A stretch of DNA of 47,482 nucleotides, taken from contig JAYUJP010000043.1 of the NCBI GenBank assembly GCA_043765155.1, positions 1 to 47,482 of the forward strand, written 5' to 3'. The DNA comes from a bacterium. GTDB taxonomy: Bacteria; Patescibacteriota; Minisyncoccia; Phycocordibacterales; UBA5272. Position 1 is the first letter of the stretch; every line of letters starts with the position of its first letter. Of the stretch, positions 35,923-43,987 are shown in pieces. Below the pieces are notes generated by a model that searched no databases, was not told the DNA's origin, and saw nothing but the letters and a program-made list of their open reading frames with translations. A program made the position numbers and the translations under genes.

Positions 35923-36087
35923 ATGACAAAAAATATCACAAATAAACTGTCTATTTTTTTTATTACTTTTGTAATAATTCTTTTTATTTTTGTTGATATT
36001 TTGTATTTTGATAAAATCCCTTTTTATACTATAATTATATTAATAATATACTTTTTATATAATGTCATTTCTAAAAATATCAGGTAA
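35923..36087 (+). CDS. 54-aa two-TM mini-ORF at the position usually occupied by mreD
   Basis: ATG 35923 to TAA 36085-36087, read by hand (below the ORF-track cutoff). Very hydrophobic. Overlaps the mrdA start by 26 nt in another frame. Confidence 0.3.
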   Translation: MTKNITNKLSIFFITFVIILFIFVDILYFDKIPFYTIIILIIYFLYNVISKNIR

Positions 36088-37798
36088 GAAAAATAACGTA
36101 GAAATATCACCAGAAGATATATTTTTAGATTCTCGTAATCTTTCGGGTCTGGCTACAGAAAATGCCGCTGCATCTTTTAAAAAGCCTGTATTAAAAGATT
36201 CGCTTCTTTTCTCCTTGTCTTTTCTTATTATAATGTTTTCTGTTTTTACCTATAAGGCATACACACTGCAGATACGAGACACAGAATCTTGGTTGGCAAA
36301 AGCGGAGAGTAATTACACAAACAAGTCCCCGATATTTGCTTATAGAGGTATGATAAAAGATAGAAATGGTGTGCCCTTAGCCTGGAATGACTCGCTTGAC
36401 TCTAAGCTTGAGGCCAAGACCTTGGCTATACCTAAAAGGCATTATATAGAGAGTGAAGGGTTCTCAAATCTTCTTGGCTTTGTCAATTATCCTAAAAAAG
36501 ATAAGAGCGGCATATTTTGGCGTGACGATTATGTCGGTATAGACGGCTTAGAAAAATATTACAATACTAAGCTCTCGGGTGAAAAAGGTGAGAGGGTAGT
36601 AGAGCTAAACGTAAAAGGTGAAATAGTAAAAGATAATACTCTTAATGCAGCAAAAGAGGGCGAGGTATTAGAATTGAATATAGATACTAAGGCACAGAGT
36701 ATATTTTATAATAGGCTAAAAGAAGTGGTCGATGCCCAAGGATTTACCGGAGGGTCAGGAGTGTTAATGGACGTTAATAGCGGTGAGGTGATAGTAGCCG
36801 CTTCTTATCCTGATTATAATAATAATATTTTTGTAAATGCTAGTGGTACGGCCGAGCAAGATATAAAAGAAAATTACCTAAAAGATAAAAAGACCCCAAT
36901 GCTAAATAGAGCCATTAGCGGCTTGTATACTCCAGGCTCGGTAGTCAAGCCTTTTATGGCGTATGCTGCCCTAAATGAAGGAGTTATAGATCAATTTAAA
37001 AGTATATTAAGTACCGGTAAGCTTATAATCAAAAATAGATATGACGGACCAGATACTATATTTCGTGACTGGAAAGCTCATGGATATGTTGATGCCAGAG
37101 AGGCCATAGCAGTATCAAGCGACGAATACTTTTATCAAGTTGGCGGTGGCTATAAAGATCAGCCAGGGCTAGGTATAAAAAGGATAGATAATTATATGAG
37201 TATGTTTGGATTTGCGAGCTCGACAGGAGTTGACTTTGTCTCAGAAAAAGATGGGATAATACCAACCCCAGAATGGAAAAAGAAAAATTTTCAAGAGGGT
37301 GATTGGCTACTCGGTAATACTTATCACTCTTCTATTGGTCAATACGGATTTAAAACTAGTCCCCTAGGACTAGCTAGATCTATTGCTGCTGTTGCTAATG
37401 GTGGTATATTAGTCACCCCTAAAATAGCAAAAGTAAAAGGAGATAGTGAATTTATAAAAAAAGATATAAACCTTAATCTTGATAAAAAGTACCTAGAGAT
37501 TATCCAAGAGGGTATGAACAAGGCAGCTAGCACAGTCGGTACCGCTCATTACTTTGAGGACTTGCCTTTTGAGGTAGCTGCTAAGACAGGTACAGCTCAG
37601 CTTGGATTTAAAAATGAAAAGGTTAATAGCTGGTCTACAGGTTATTATCCTTATAATAACCCCGGCACATCACCCAAATATGTATTTGTTTTTATGATAG
37701 AAAATGGTCCCAGCACTAATACTGTAGGCGCTTCAAAGATAATGAGAAAAGTCTTTCAGGATATGATTGATGCTGATATGGCATATATTAAATTCTGA
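36062..37798 (+). CDS. mrdA: Penicillin-binding protein 2 (class B transpeptidase)
   Basis: SVVKP (SxxK) and KTGTA (KTG) motifs, an N-terminal TM anchor, and operon context with mreBC. Confidence 0.88.
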   Translation: MSFLKISGKKNNVEISPEDIFLDSRNLSGLATENAAASFKKPVLKDSLLFSLSFLIIMFSVFTYKAYTLQIRDTESWLAKAESNYTNKSPIFAYRGMIKDRNGVPLAWNDSLDSKLEAKTLAIPKRHYIESEGFSNLLGFVNYPKKDKSGIFWRDDYVGIDGLEKYYNTKLSGEKGERVVELNVKGEIVKDNTLNAAKEGEVLELNIDTKAQSIFYNRLKEVVDAQGFTGGSGVLMDVNSGEVIVAASYPDYNNNIFVNASGTAEQDIKENYLKDKKTPMLNRAISGLYTPGSVVKPFMAYAALNEGVIDQFKSILSTGKLIIKNRYDGPDTIFRDWKAHGYVDAREAIAVSSDEYFYQVGGGYKDQPGLGIKRIDNYMSMFGFASSTGVDFVSEKDGIIPTPEWKKKNFQEGDWLLGNTYHSSIGQYGFKTSPLGLARSIAAVANGGILVTPKIAKVKGDSEFIKKDINLNLDKKYLEIIQEGMNKAASTVGTAHYFEDLPFEVAAKTGTAQLGFKNEKVNSWSTGYYPYNNPGTSPKYVFVFMIENGPSTNTVGASKIMRKVFQDMIDADMAYIKF

Positions 37799-37847
37799 GT
37801 TAAGTTTTAGGCTGTATATCAGTTTAATTTTATTTTTAGGCTTTTTG

Positions 37848-37856
37848 TGGTATACT
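37848..37856 (+). promoter_or_regulatory. Extended -10 element TGgTATACT
   Basis: Read directly, 47 nt before the greA ATG. Confidence 0.4.
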
Positions 37857-37903
37857 ACAGTTAATAAATTACACGTTAAAAATAAATAACCCAAAATAAA
37901 TAT

Positions 37904-38368
37904 ATGGCAAAAGAATACATCACATTAGAAAAAAAAGCAGAATTAGAAAATGAGCTAGCCGAGCTAAAAGGATCAAAAAGAAAAGAGATTGCAGCAGCTC
38001 TAGAGTATGCAAAGTCTCTTGGTGACCTATCTGAGAATGCTGAGTATAGTCAGGCCCGTGAAGATCAGGCTCATTTAGAAGACCGTATCGCCGAGATAGA
38101 GTATATACTTAAGCATGCTGAGATAGCCGAAAAGCATCATGCTGGACGCGTTGAGGTGGGAGCGACTGTACATGTGGTTAAAAAGGGTGACAGCAAAGCT
38201 AGAGTATTTACAATAGTAGGTAGCGAGGAAGCTGATGTTGAGGGTGGTAAAATATCAAATGAGTCACCTCTTGGAGTTGCTCTTATGGGTAAAGTAAAAG
38301 GTGATACAGTATCTTTTGACACACCTAACAAGACAGTTGCTGAGTATATGATCAAGAATGTAGAGTAA
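37904..38368 (+). CDS. greA: Transcription elongation factor GreA
   Basis: GDLSENAEYSQAREDQ acidic-tip motif in the coiled-coil, and a C-terminal ISNESPLGVALMGKVKGD motif. Confidence 0.92.
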   Translation: MAKEYITLEKKAELENELAELKGSKRKEIAAALEYAKSLGDLSENAEYSQAREDQAHLEDRIAEIEYILKHAEIAEKHHAGRVEVGATVHVVKKGDSKARVFTIVGSEEADVEGGKISNESPLGVALMGKVKGDTVSFDTPNKTVAEYMIKNVE

Positions 38369-38379
38369 TAGCTACTAAC

Positions 38380-39027
38380 ATGTTAGACAGTATATTAAAT
38401 AAAATATTTTCTCATGCGACCATAATTTTAGAAAAAGACTCTTTTAATCTTGATTCTGATTATAATAAATTAAAATTAGAATTATCTAAAGCTGGTATAA
38501 ATTATATTTGTTTTGATACCAATCCAAAAGCAACAGATTCTGATAGTAGAAGCTTAAATTTCAAAATAGATGACTTGCAAAAGATAAGAGATTTTCAAAG
38601 TTCAAAATCTAACCAAAAGAGATTTATAATTACAGATAGGAGTCTACGCAATACAGTAATACAAAATGCACTTTTAAAAATATTTGAAGAGCCAACAGAA
38701 AATACCTTTATTATTATTTTTACAAAAGATATAAGCATGCTATTGCCTACTATATTATCTAGATGTCAGCTCATAAAAGATTTAGAAAAAAGTTCAGGGA
38801 AAAATAATATAAATAACAGTGATAAAAATACTACAAAAGAAGAAGCTCCAAATCAAAAAATAAAAGAAAAAATAATAAATACTAAATCTATAAATGCTGC
38901 AAATAGCGAGGGAGATAAATCTGAAAATAGATTTGAAAAATTAGAGAGATTTCTGATTATAGAAAATCTAAACGAGAGGGGGCTAGTAAGTCAAAAGCAA
39001 TTTGAGGAGTACAAAAATTTGGTCTAG
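38380..39027 (+). CDS. holB: DNA polymerase III delta'-like clamp-loader subunit (no Walker A visible)
   Basis: NALLKIFEEPTENTFIIIFT and LPTILSRCQ (sensor/SRC) motifs. The N-terminus lacks a P-loop, and the C-terminal tail is K/N-rich. Confidence 0.6.
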   Translation: MLDSILNKIFSHATIILEKDSFNLDSDYNKLKLELSKAGINYICFDTNPKATDSDSRSLNFKIDDLQKIRDFQSSKSNQKRFIITDRSLRNTVIQNALLKIFEEPTENTFIIIFTKDISMLLPTILSRCQLIKDLEKSSGKNNINNSDKNTTKEEAPNQKIKEKIINTKSINAANSEGDKSENRFEKLERFLIIENLNERGLVSQKQFEEYKNLV

Positions 39028-39044
39028 AAATTTTCTTAAAAATG

Positions 39045-39053
39045 TGCTATTAT
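39045..39053 (+). promoter_or_regulatory. Extended -10 element TGcTATTAT upstream of the tRNA pair
   Basis: Read directly. Confidence 0.35.
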
Positions 39054-39134
39054 ATGTGTTAGTTCTGAAGGTAAATTCTTTTGGAAAGATCTTAATTTCT
39101 CTAAAGTAAAAGCTTAAGAAAATATACAAAAAGC

Positions 39135-39217
39135 GCCCGGGTGGCGGAATGGTAGACGCAAGAGACTTAAAATCTCTCGAAGATTACTTCGTGCGGGTTC
39201 GAGTCCCGCCCCGGGCA
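39135..39217 (+). tRNA. tRNA-Leu(TAA), CCA not encoded
   Basis: Cloverleaf folded by hand: acceptor gcccggg/cccgggc, anticodon loop ctTAAaa, long variable arm cgaag-atta-cttcg, T arm gcggg-ttcgagt-cccgc. Confidence 0.9.
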
Positions 39218-39257
39218 CAAGCAAAATTAGTCGATAGAGCAGGCCAGTCCTGCAAAT

Positions 39258-39330
39258 GCCCTTATAGCTCAGTTGGTAGAGCAACTCCCTCTTAAGGAGA
39301 TGGTCGTAGGTTCGAATCCTACTGAGGGCA
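39258..39330 (+). tRNA. tRNA-Lys(CTT), CCA not encoded
   Basis: Cloverleaf folded by hand: acceptor gccctta/tgagggc, D arm gctc-agttggta-gagc, anticodon loop ctCTTaa, T arm gtagg-ttcgaat-cctac. Confidence 0.9.
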
Positions 39331-39392
39331 CAATTTTAGAATAAAATTTAACAATGTAAAAAATTATTTTTACCTTATATTTAACTTTCTTT

Positions 39393-39509
39393 TTACTCCA
39401 TATGCACCTCTTCAAAAGTTGAGAGTTTGGTTTTTAACTCTGGGAAATTATCGAGATAAAGGTCATTGCTTATTATCTGCGTCGCATACTTTTTGGTAGC
39501 CTCGACAAG
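39393..39509 (-). pseudogene. Orphan copy of the recG 3' end (last 38 codons plus stop)
   Basis: 111 of 117 nt are identical to 43988-44104. It translates on the minus strand to LVEATKKYATQIISNDLYLDNFPELKTKLSTFEEVHME-stop. No upstream recG body is attached. Confidence 0.85.
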
Positions 39510-39598
39510 AAATATTATTTTTGGCTGACTTGTAATATTTTTATTTTTAGTGTAATATTATAGGCGGACTTATTTTTGCACTTTTTAAAGGAAACGAA

Positions 39599-40729
39599 AT
39601 GATACATGACTTAAACGATCTGCTTAATAAAGTAGATGAACCATATAAATCAGCTTTTTTTAACCATAGGGATACAGCCCTCAGCAGCTATGCGACAGTT
39701 GGTGAAAATGGTGCGCATAGAGAGGCAATATTGGGTACATTAGATTTGTACCCATCCAGAGCCCTTTGCCTAACTAGGCCAAATGACATCATACAACTTT
39801 CTCCAAAACTAGAGAAGTTGTGGAGTTTTATTCAGAGTCACTACAGAAGAGTTGGACTAAAGGTGACACAAGATGTAATCTGGTCTGATAACCTAGATGA
39901 ATACAAAGCCTCAATATATTCCCGCTATGACTTTTCTGGCTTCATGGGAACAGAAGAACTGTTAGAAGCTTATGGTCTTCGACATATTCAAGTGGCAAGT
40001 ACTCTTAACTCAAAAACTAAGTTTATGGAGCTATGTGTTGAATTAGGTATAAGCACTCCAGAAACCTTCTGGTCTAGAGATTACTTATCTAAGAAAGATA
40101 ACTTTCCTGTTTCTGGGTATTTTAAAGCAGACGAGTCAGTTTCCGGACTAGGAGTATTGAAGTATGACTCACCAGAGGAATTAGATGATCTTGTAAAAGC
40201 TTATCGCAGTAGCAGCTGGCAAGTCCAACGAGATGTAATGCCTGTTAAGTTTCTAAATCTGCAATACACGCTAGATGATTTTTCTTGGAAAGCTCTAGCT
40301 ATGACTGAACAGATTCTTAATGGTAATTCTCATGTTGGAAATCAGTTTCCTTCTAGCGTAAGTATTGAGACTAGAGACTACGGAAATATCCTTGACCATG
40401 CACAAAAGTTTGGCTTTAGGGGGGTTTTAGGCTTAGATGTTTTAGTGGACGCAGAAGGTAAAAGTTATGTTTTGGAGTGTAACCCAAGACTTAACGGAAG
40501 CACTTATCCTACCGTAACCGCTAAAAGATTAGGCGTAGTCAAATGGTTAGCCATATCGGTACACTCTTCTTTTAGAGATATTTCAGAAATACTAGAGCGT
40601 CATTCTTTTGATGGCAACAAGGGCGTAGTTGTGTTTAATTGGGGGGCTTTATTGTCAGATAAAGCTGGCATAATGATTGCTGGCGATGATAATTACCAGA
40701 AAGAGATAATGTCTTTATTTACGAGTTAG
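39599..40729 (+). CDS. ATP-grasp fold ligase with an uncharacterised N-terminal domain of about 130 aa
   Basis: C-terminal GLDVLVDAEGKSYVLECNPRLNGSTYP is the ATP-grasp Mg/ATP-binding signature. An SD aagga is present upstream. Confidence 0.65.
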   Translation: MIHDLNDLLNKVDEPYKSAFFNHRDTALSSYATVGENGAHREAILGTLDLYPSRALCLTRPNDIIQLSPKLEKLWSFIQSHYRRVGLKVTQDVIWSDNLDEYKASIYSRYDFSGFMGTEELLEAYGLRHIQVASTLNSKTKFMELCVELGISTPETFWSRDYLSKKDNFPVSGYFKADESVSGLGVLKYDSPEELDDLVKAYRSSSWQVQRDVMPVKFLNLQYTLDDFSWKALAMTEQILNGNSHVGNQFPSSVSIETRDYGNILDHAQKFGFRGVLGLDVLVDAEGKSYVLECNPRLNGSTYPTVTAKRLGVVKWLAISVHSSFRDISEILERHSFDGNKGVVVFNWGALLSDKAGIMIAGDDNYQKEIMSLFTS

Positions 40730-40756
40730 TACTGGAGTCTGTATGATAACCTTAAA

Positions 40757-40787
40757 AGAGAAGTGTTTTGCGCTTCTCTTTTTTTAT
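40757..40787 (+). terminator. Rho-independent terminator inside the cassette
   Basis: agagaagtg-ttttg-cgcttctct followed by ttttttt. Confidence 0.75.
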
Positions 40788-40807
40788 TGTATAATATATT
40801 CACATAT

Positions 40808-41740
40808 ATGAAAAATTATACTTTAATTATCCATGGTGGAGCCGGTCTTGTTTTTAATCATGATAAGTATAAAGACTCTATGCAAAAAGTTTTAGATGTT
40901 GGAGACTCTATGCTATCTCAAGGTCAAAGCTCTTTGGATGTTGTTGAGTGTTGTGTTCGCATGCTCGAAGATGACCCTCTTTATAATGCAGGTTATGGCT
41001 CAGTTCTAACCAGTGAAGGTAATGTAGAGATGGATGCAGCTATTATGGACGGGGCTAATCTCTCTAATGGTGCAGTAGCTGCTATTACAAACGTGAGACA
41101 CCCTATCAGTGTAGCAAGAGCGGTAATGGAAAAAACAAATCATGTTTTTCTGGTTGCAAAAGGTGCTCAGGATTTTATTAATACTTTGGATAACATTGAA
41201 AAATGTAATCAAGATGATCTTATAATAGATTACAGAAGAGAGCAGTTAAAAGAAGCTGTTGCAAAAAATGAAGTTAGACTAGATCACTCTAGTCTAGATT
41301 CAAAAGAAAGAAAATTTAGTACTGTCGGTGCTGTAGCTTTAGATACGTCAGGTAACCTGGCCGCTGCAACTTCTACAGGGGGTATAGTTAATAAAAAGTT
41401 TGGCAGAGTCGGAGATACTCCAATAATAGGGGCTGGCACTATAGCGGATAATAACTCATGCGCTGTATCTTGTACAGGATTCGGAGAGCAATTTATAAAA
41501 ATATCTGTCGCAAAAAGAGTCGCTGACTACATAGAGCTACTTGGTATGAACGCTCAATCTGCCGCTAATAAAGTTAGAGATGAACTGGTGCAGAAAGTTG
41601 GAGGTTTAGGAGGTTTTATAGTTATAGACAAAAATGGGAATATCGGAGTGTCACATTCTAGTCCTTGTATTTTATTTGCAACTAGTAAAAATGGAATCAA
41701 AAATATTGGGGTAAATAGTCAAGACTTGTTAAAAGTTTAA
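40808..41740 (+). CDS. Ntn-hydrolase isoaspartyl peptidase / plant-type L-asparaginase
   Basis: IIHGGAG, DPLYNAGYGSVL, DAAIMDG, the autoprocessing site S-TVGAVALD, and GRVGDTPIIGAG. Start set at ATG 40808, because the listed GTG 40763 lies inside the upstream terminator. Confidence 0.85.
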   Translation: MKNYTLIIHGGAGLVFNHDKYKDSMQKVLDVGDSMLSQGQSSLDVVECCVRMLEDDPLYNAGYGSVLTSEGNVEMDAAIMDGANLSNGAVAAITNVRHPISVARAVMEKTNHVFLVAKGAQDFINTLDNIEKCNQDDLIIDYRREQLKEAVAKNEVRLDHSSLDSKERKFSTVGAVALDTSGNLAAATSTGGIVNKKFGRVGDTPIIGAGTIADNNSCAVSCTGFGEQFIKISVAKRVADYIELLGMNAQSAANKVRDELVQKVGGLGGFIVIDKNGNIGVSHSSPCILFATSKNGIKNIGVNSQDLLKV

Positions 41741-41785
41741 ATTTAGTGTAAAATTGGAAAGGATCATTTTTTACAAAGGAAATAT

Positions 41786-43015
41786 ATGAAAACATTAGAA
41801 ATGCTAAAAAGTAGAGGCCTTGTTCATCAGATTACTGATGAAAAAAGCTTATCAGCTGCTTTTGATCAGGGTCCTGTAACTTTTTACATAGGCTTTGACC
41901 CAACAGCAGATTCTCTGCATGTCGGTAGTTTAAAAGGTATCATGGTGGCTGCACACTTACAACGCATGGGACATGTCCCTGTAATGTTGGTTGGTGGCGG
42001 TACTGGATTAATCGGTGACCCTAGCGGCAAATCAAAAGATCGGAATATATTATCTTCGGAGATTTTGAAGCATAACGAGTCTTGCATAGGTTTGCAGCTT
42101 CAAAAATTTGTTAACACAAATAATCCTGAAGGCTTTTTCTTAAATAATGCAGACTGGTTAAAAAGTTTGAATTATTTAGAATTTCTAAGAGATGTTGGAG
42201 TTTATTTTAGAGTTAACGAAATGGTTAAGAACGACACCTACAGGCTTAAGCTTGATTCTGGTGAAGGTTTATCTTTTGTTGAGTTTAACTATCAGCTCTT
42301 ACAGGCTTATGATTTCAAATATCTTTTTGAAAAATATAATTGTTCTTTACAAATAGGGGGCAGTGATCAGTGGGGAAATATAACCGCAGGTACAGATCTT
42401 GTACGCAGGTCAAATGGCGCAAATGTTTTTGGCTTAACCATACCACTGGCTCAGACTTCAGATGGTAAAAAAATGGGTAAGACGGAAAGCGGCGCTGTTT
42501 GGTTAGATGCAAACAAGACCACGCCTTATGACTTTTATCAGTTTTGGATCAACTGTACAGACGAGGATGTGTTTAACTTTTTAAAAGTTTATACATTTAT
42601 GTCTGTTTCAGATATCGACTCTTTGCCAAGAGTTAGTCATGTTGATCTAAAAAAAGCTAAGGAAACCCTTGCTTATATAGTCACAGAAATCGTTCATGGA
42701 GATAAACTTGCCGATGAAGCAAAAGCAAAATCAAATAGTTTATTTTCTGAAGATGGGGACAAACATGATCTGGCTATACAAGTTGGGGTATCGCGCTCTG
42801 ATGCTGAGTCAAAGACAATTGTTTCTGTTTTGTCAGAAGCAGATTCGTCTGTAAGTAAATCAGAGCTACGTAGGCTTATTACCAGTAATGCAGTAAAAGC
42901 AGACGGGTTAGTCTTGAAAAGTGATGTCTCGCTAGACGAACTTTTTCCCTCAGGTCAAGATAAGATTTTGATTACTGTAGGCAAAAAAAAGTTTTTTTCT
43001 GTTAAGTTAATTTAA
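41786..43015 (+). CDS. tyrS: Tyrosyl-tRNA synthetase (bacterial type with a C-terminal S4-like domain)
   Basis: GFDPTADSLHVGSL (HIGH region), LVGGGTGLIGDPSGK, QAYDF, GGSDQWGNI, and KMGKT (KMSKS region). Confidence 0.92.
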   Translation: MKTLEMLKSRGLVHQITDEKSLSAAFDQGPVTFYIGFDPTADSLHVGSLKGIMVAAHLQRMGHVPVMLVGGGTGLIGDPSGKSKDRNILSSEILKHNESCIGLQLQKFVNTNNPEGFFLNNADWLKSLNYLEFLRDVGVYFRVNEMVKNDTYRLKLDSGEGLSFVEFNYQLLQAYDFKYLFEKYNCSLQIGGSDQWGNITAGTDLVRRSNGANVFGLTIPLAQTSDGKKMGKTESGAVWLDANKTTPYDFYQFWINCTDEDVFNFLKVYTFMSVSDIDSLPRVSHVDLKKAKETLAYIVTEIVHGDKLADEAKAKSNSLFSEDGDKHDLAIQVGVSRSDAESKTIVSVLSEADSSVSKSELRRLITSNAVKADGLVLKSDVSLDELFPSGQDKILITVGKKKFFSVKLI

Positions 43016-43033
43016 AGAAAGTGATGGTGTAAA

Positions 43034-43924
43034 ATGGCTAAAAAAATTATTGCCTATTTAGGGCCAGAAGGAGCTTCTTTTGGTTATCAGGCAGCGGTAA
43101 AGTATTTAGCGATTACCAGTAAACAGAGAGAGTATGCTGCAGTCTCATATAAATCCCATGAAGGAATTTGTGAAGCTGTTGCCCTGGGTAATGTCAGTCT
43201 TGGTGTAGTAGCTATTGAGAATACTGTGGCCGGATTTGTCGAAGAGACACTAGCCTCACTTGCTCATTGGCAGACACTAGAGTCCATAAAAGCGATACAG
43301 GAAGTGTCTCTTGTTGTGGATATACGAGCATACTCAAAAGATGGTAAGATGCCAGCTGATCTAAAGAGAATATTTTCTCATGGTGTTGGCATAACTCAAT
43401 GCTCAAGGTATGTTGAATTGATGCGCTCCAAGTATCCAGAAATGGTTGCTGAGGCTGTTGCTTCAACTGGTGATGCCGCAAAGAGGGCTTCAGAAGTAGC
43501 TGGTTCAATAGCTTTGACTGGTTCAGTTGCTGCAAAAAAGTATAACTTATTTGCAGCAGAGCCAGATCTAAAAACTGATTCAAATAGCCACACAAGATTT
43601 TTCATAGTGTCAAAATCGTCAGATAAGATCGATCCTGAAAAAGTTGATTTTGCAGAATACAAAACTATGATGTGTTTTGAGATGACATTGGCGCAATCTG
43701 GCTGTTTACAAAAAACCCTGAGCTTTTTTTCTAGTCAGGATATAAATATGAGGGTTGTTCATGAAATAAGAACACCTAACCGTTTATGGGAGTATCGTTT
43801 TCTTGTAGAATTTGAATGTCATGTTCATCAAGATTCTTTCAGGAGAGCTTTAGGAAATTTCAACAAAAGTGGCATATCTATGGCACCACCAATAATTTAC
43901 GGCTCCTATTTAAAAGGGATTTAA
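43034..43924 (+). CDS. pheA: Prephenate dehydratase with a C-terminal ACT domain
   Basis: IAYLGPEGASFGYQAA, ENTVAGFV, NSHTRFFIV, and an ACT region EIRTPNRLWEYRFLVEFECH (ESRP-type motif). Confidence 0.85.
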   Translation: MAKKIIAYLGPEGASFGYQAAVKYLAITSKQREYAAVSYKSHEGICEAVALGNVSLGVVAIENTVAGFVEETLASLAHWQTLESIKAIQEVSLVVDIRAYSKDGKMPADLKRIFSHGVGITQCSRYVELMRSKYPEMVAEAVASTGDAAKRASEVAGSIALTGSVAAKKYNLFAAEPDLKTDSNSHTRFFIVSKSSDKIDPEKVDFAEYKTMMCFEMTLAQSGCLQKTLSFFSSQDINMRVVHEIRTPNRLWEYRFLVEFECHVHQDSFRRALGNFNKSGISMAPPIIYGSYLKGI

Positions 43925-43930
43925 TTATTT

Positions 43931-43960
43931 ACAGCAGGTATTAGTACCTGCTGTTTTTAT
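43931..43960 (+). terminator. Rho-independent terminator
   Basis: acagcaggta-ttag-tacctgctgt followed by tttt. Confidence 0.85.
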
Positions 43961-43987
43961 TTTATAGGTAGAAGATTTTATGACTCC

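Larger units (their letters stand above)
39510..43987 (+). mobile_element. Putative integrated 4.5-kb four-gene cassette bracketed by direct repeats of the recG 3' end
   Basis: Sharp homology boundaries at 39509/39510 and 44104/44105. Located next to a tRNA pair. No recombinase gene lies inside. Confidence 0.45.

Noticed and set aside
39510-43987. Claiming a quantitative GC-content jump for the four-gene insertion and for the SD-bearing orphan ORFs.
   Set aside because: By eye these regions look less AT-skewed than the neighbouring orphan genes. However, conserved native genes such as mreB and murA are locally just as GC-rich, and I cannot compute composition statistics here. Composition is therefore proposed only as a test, not used as evidence.
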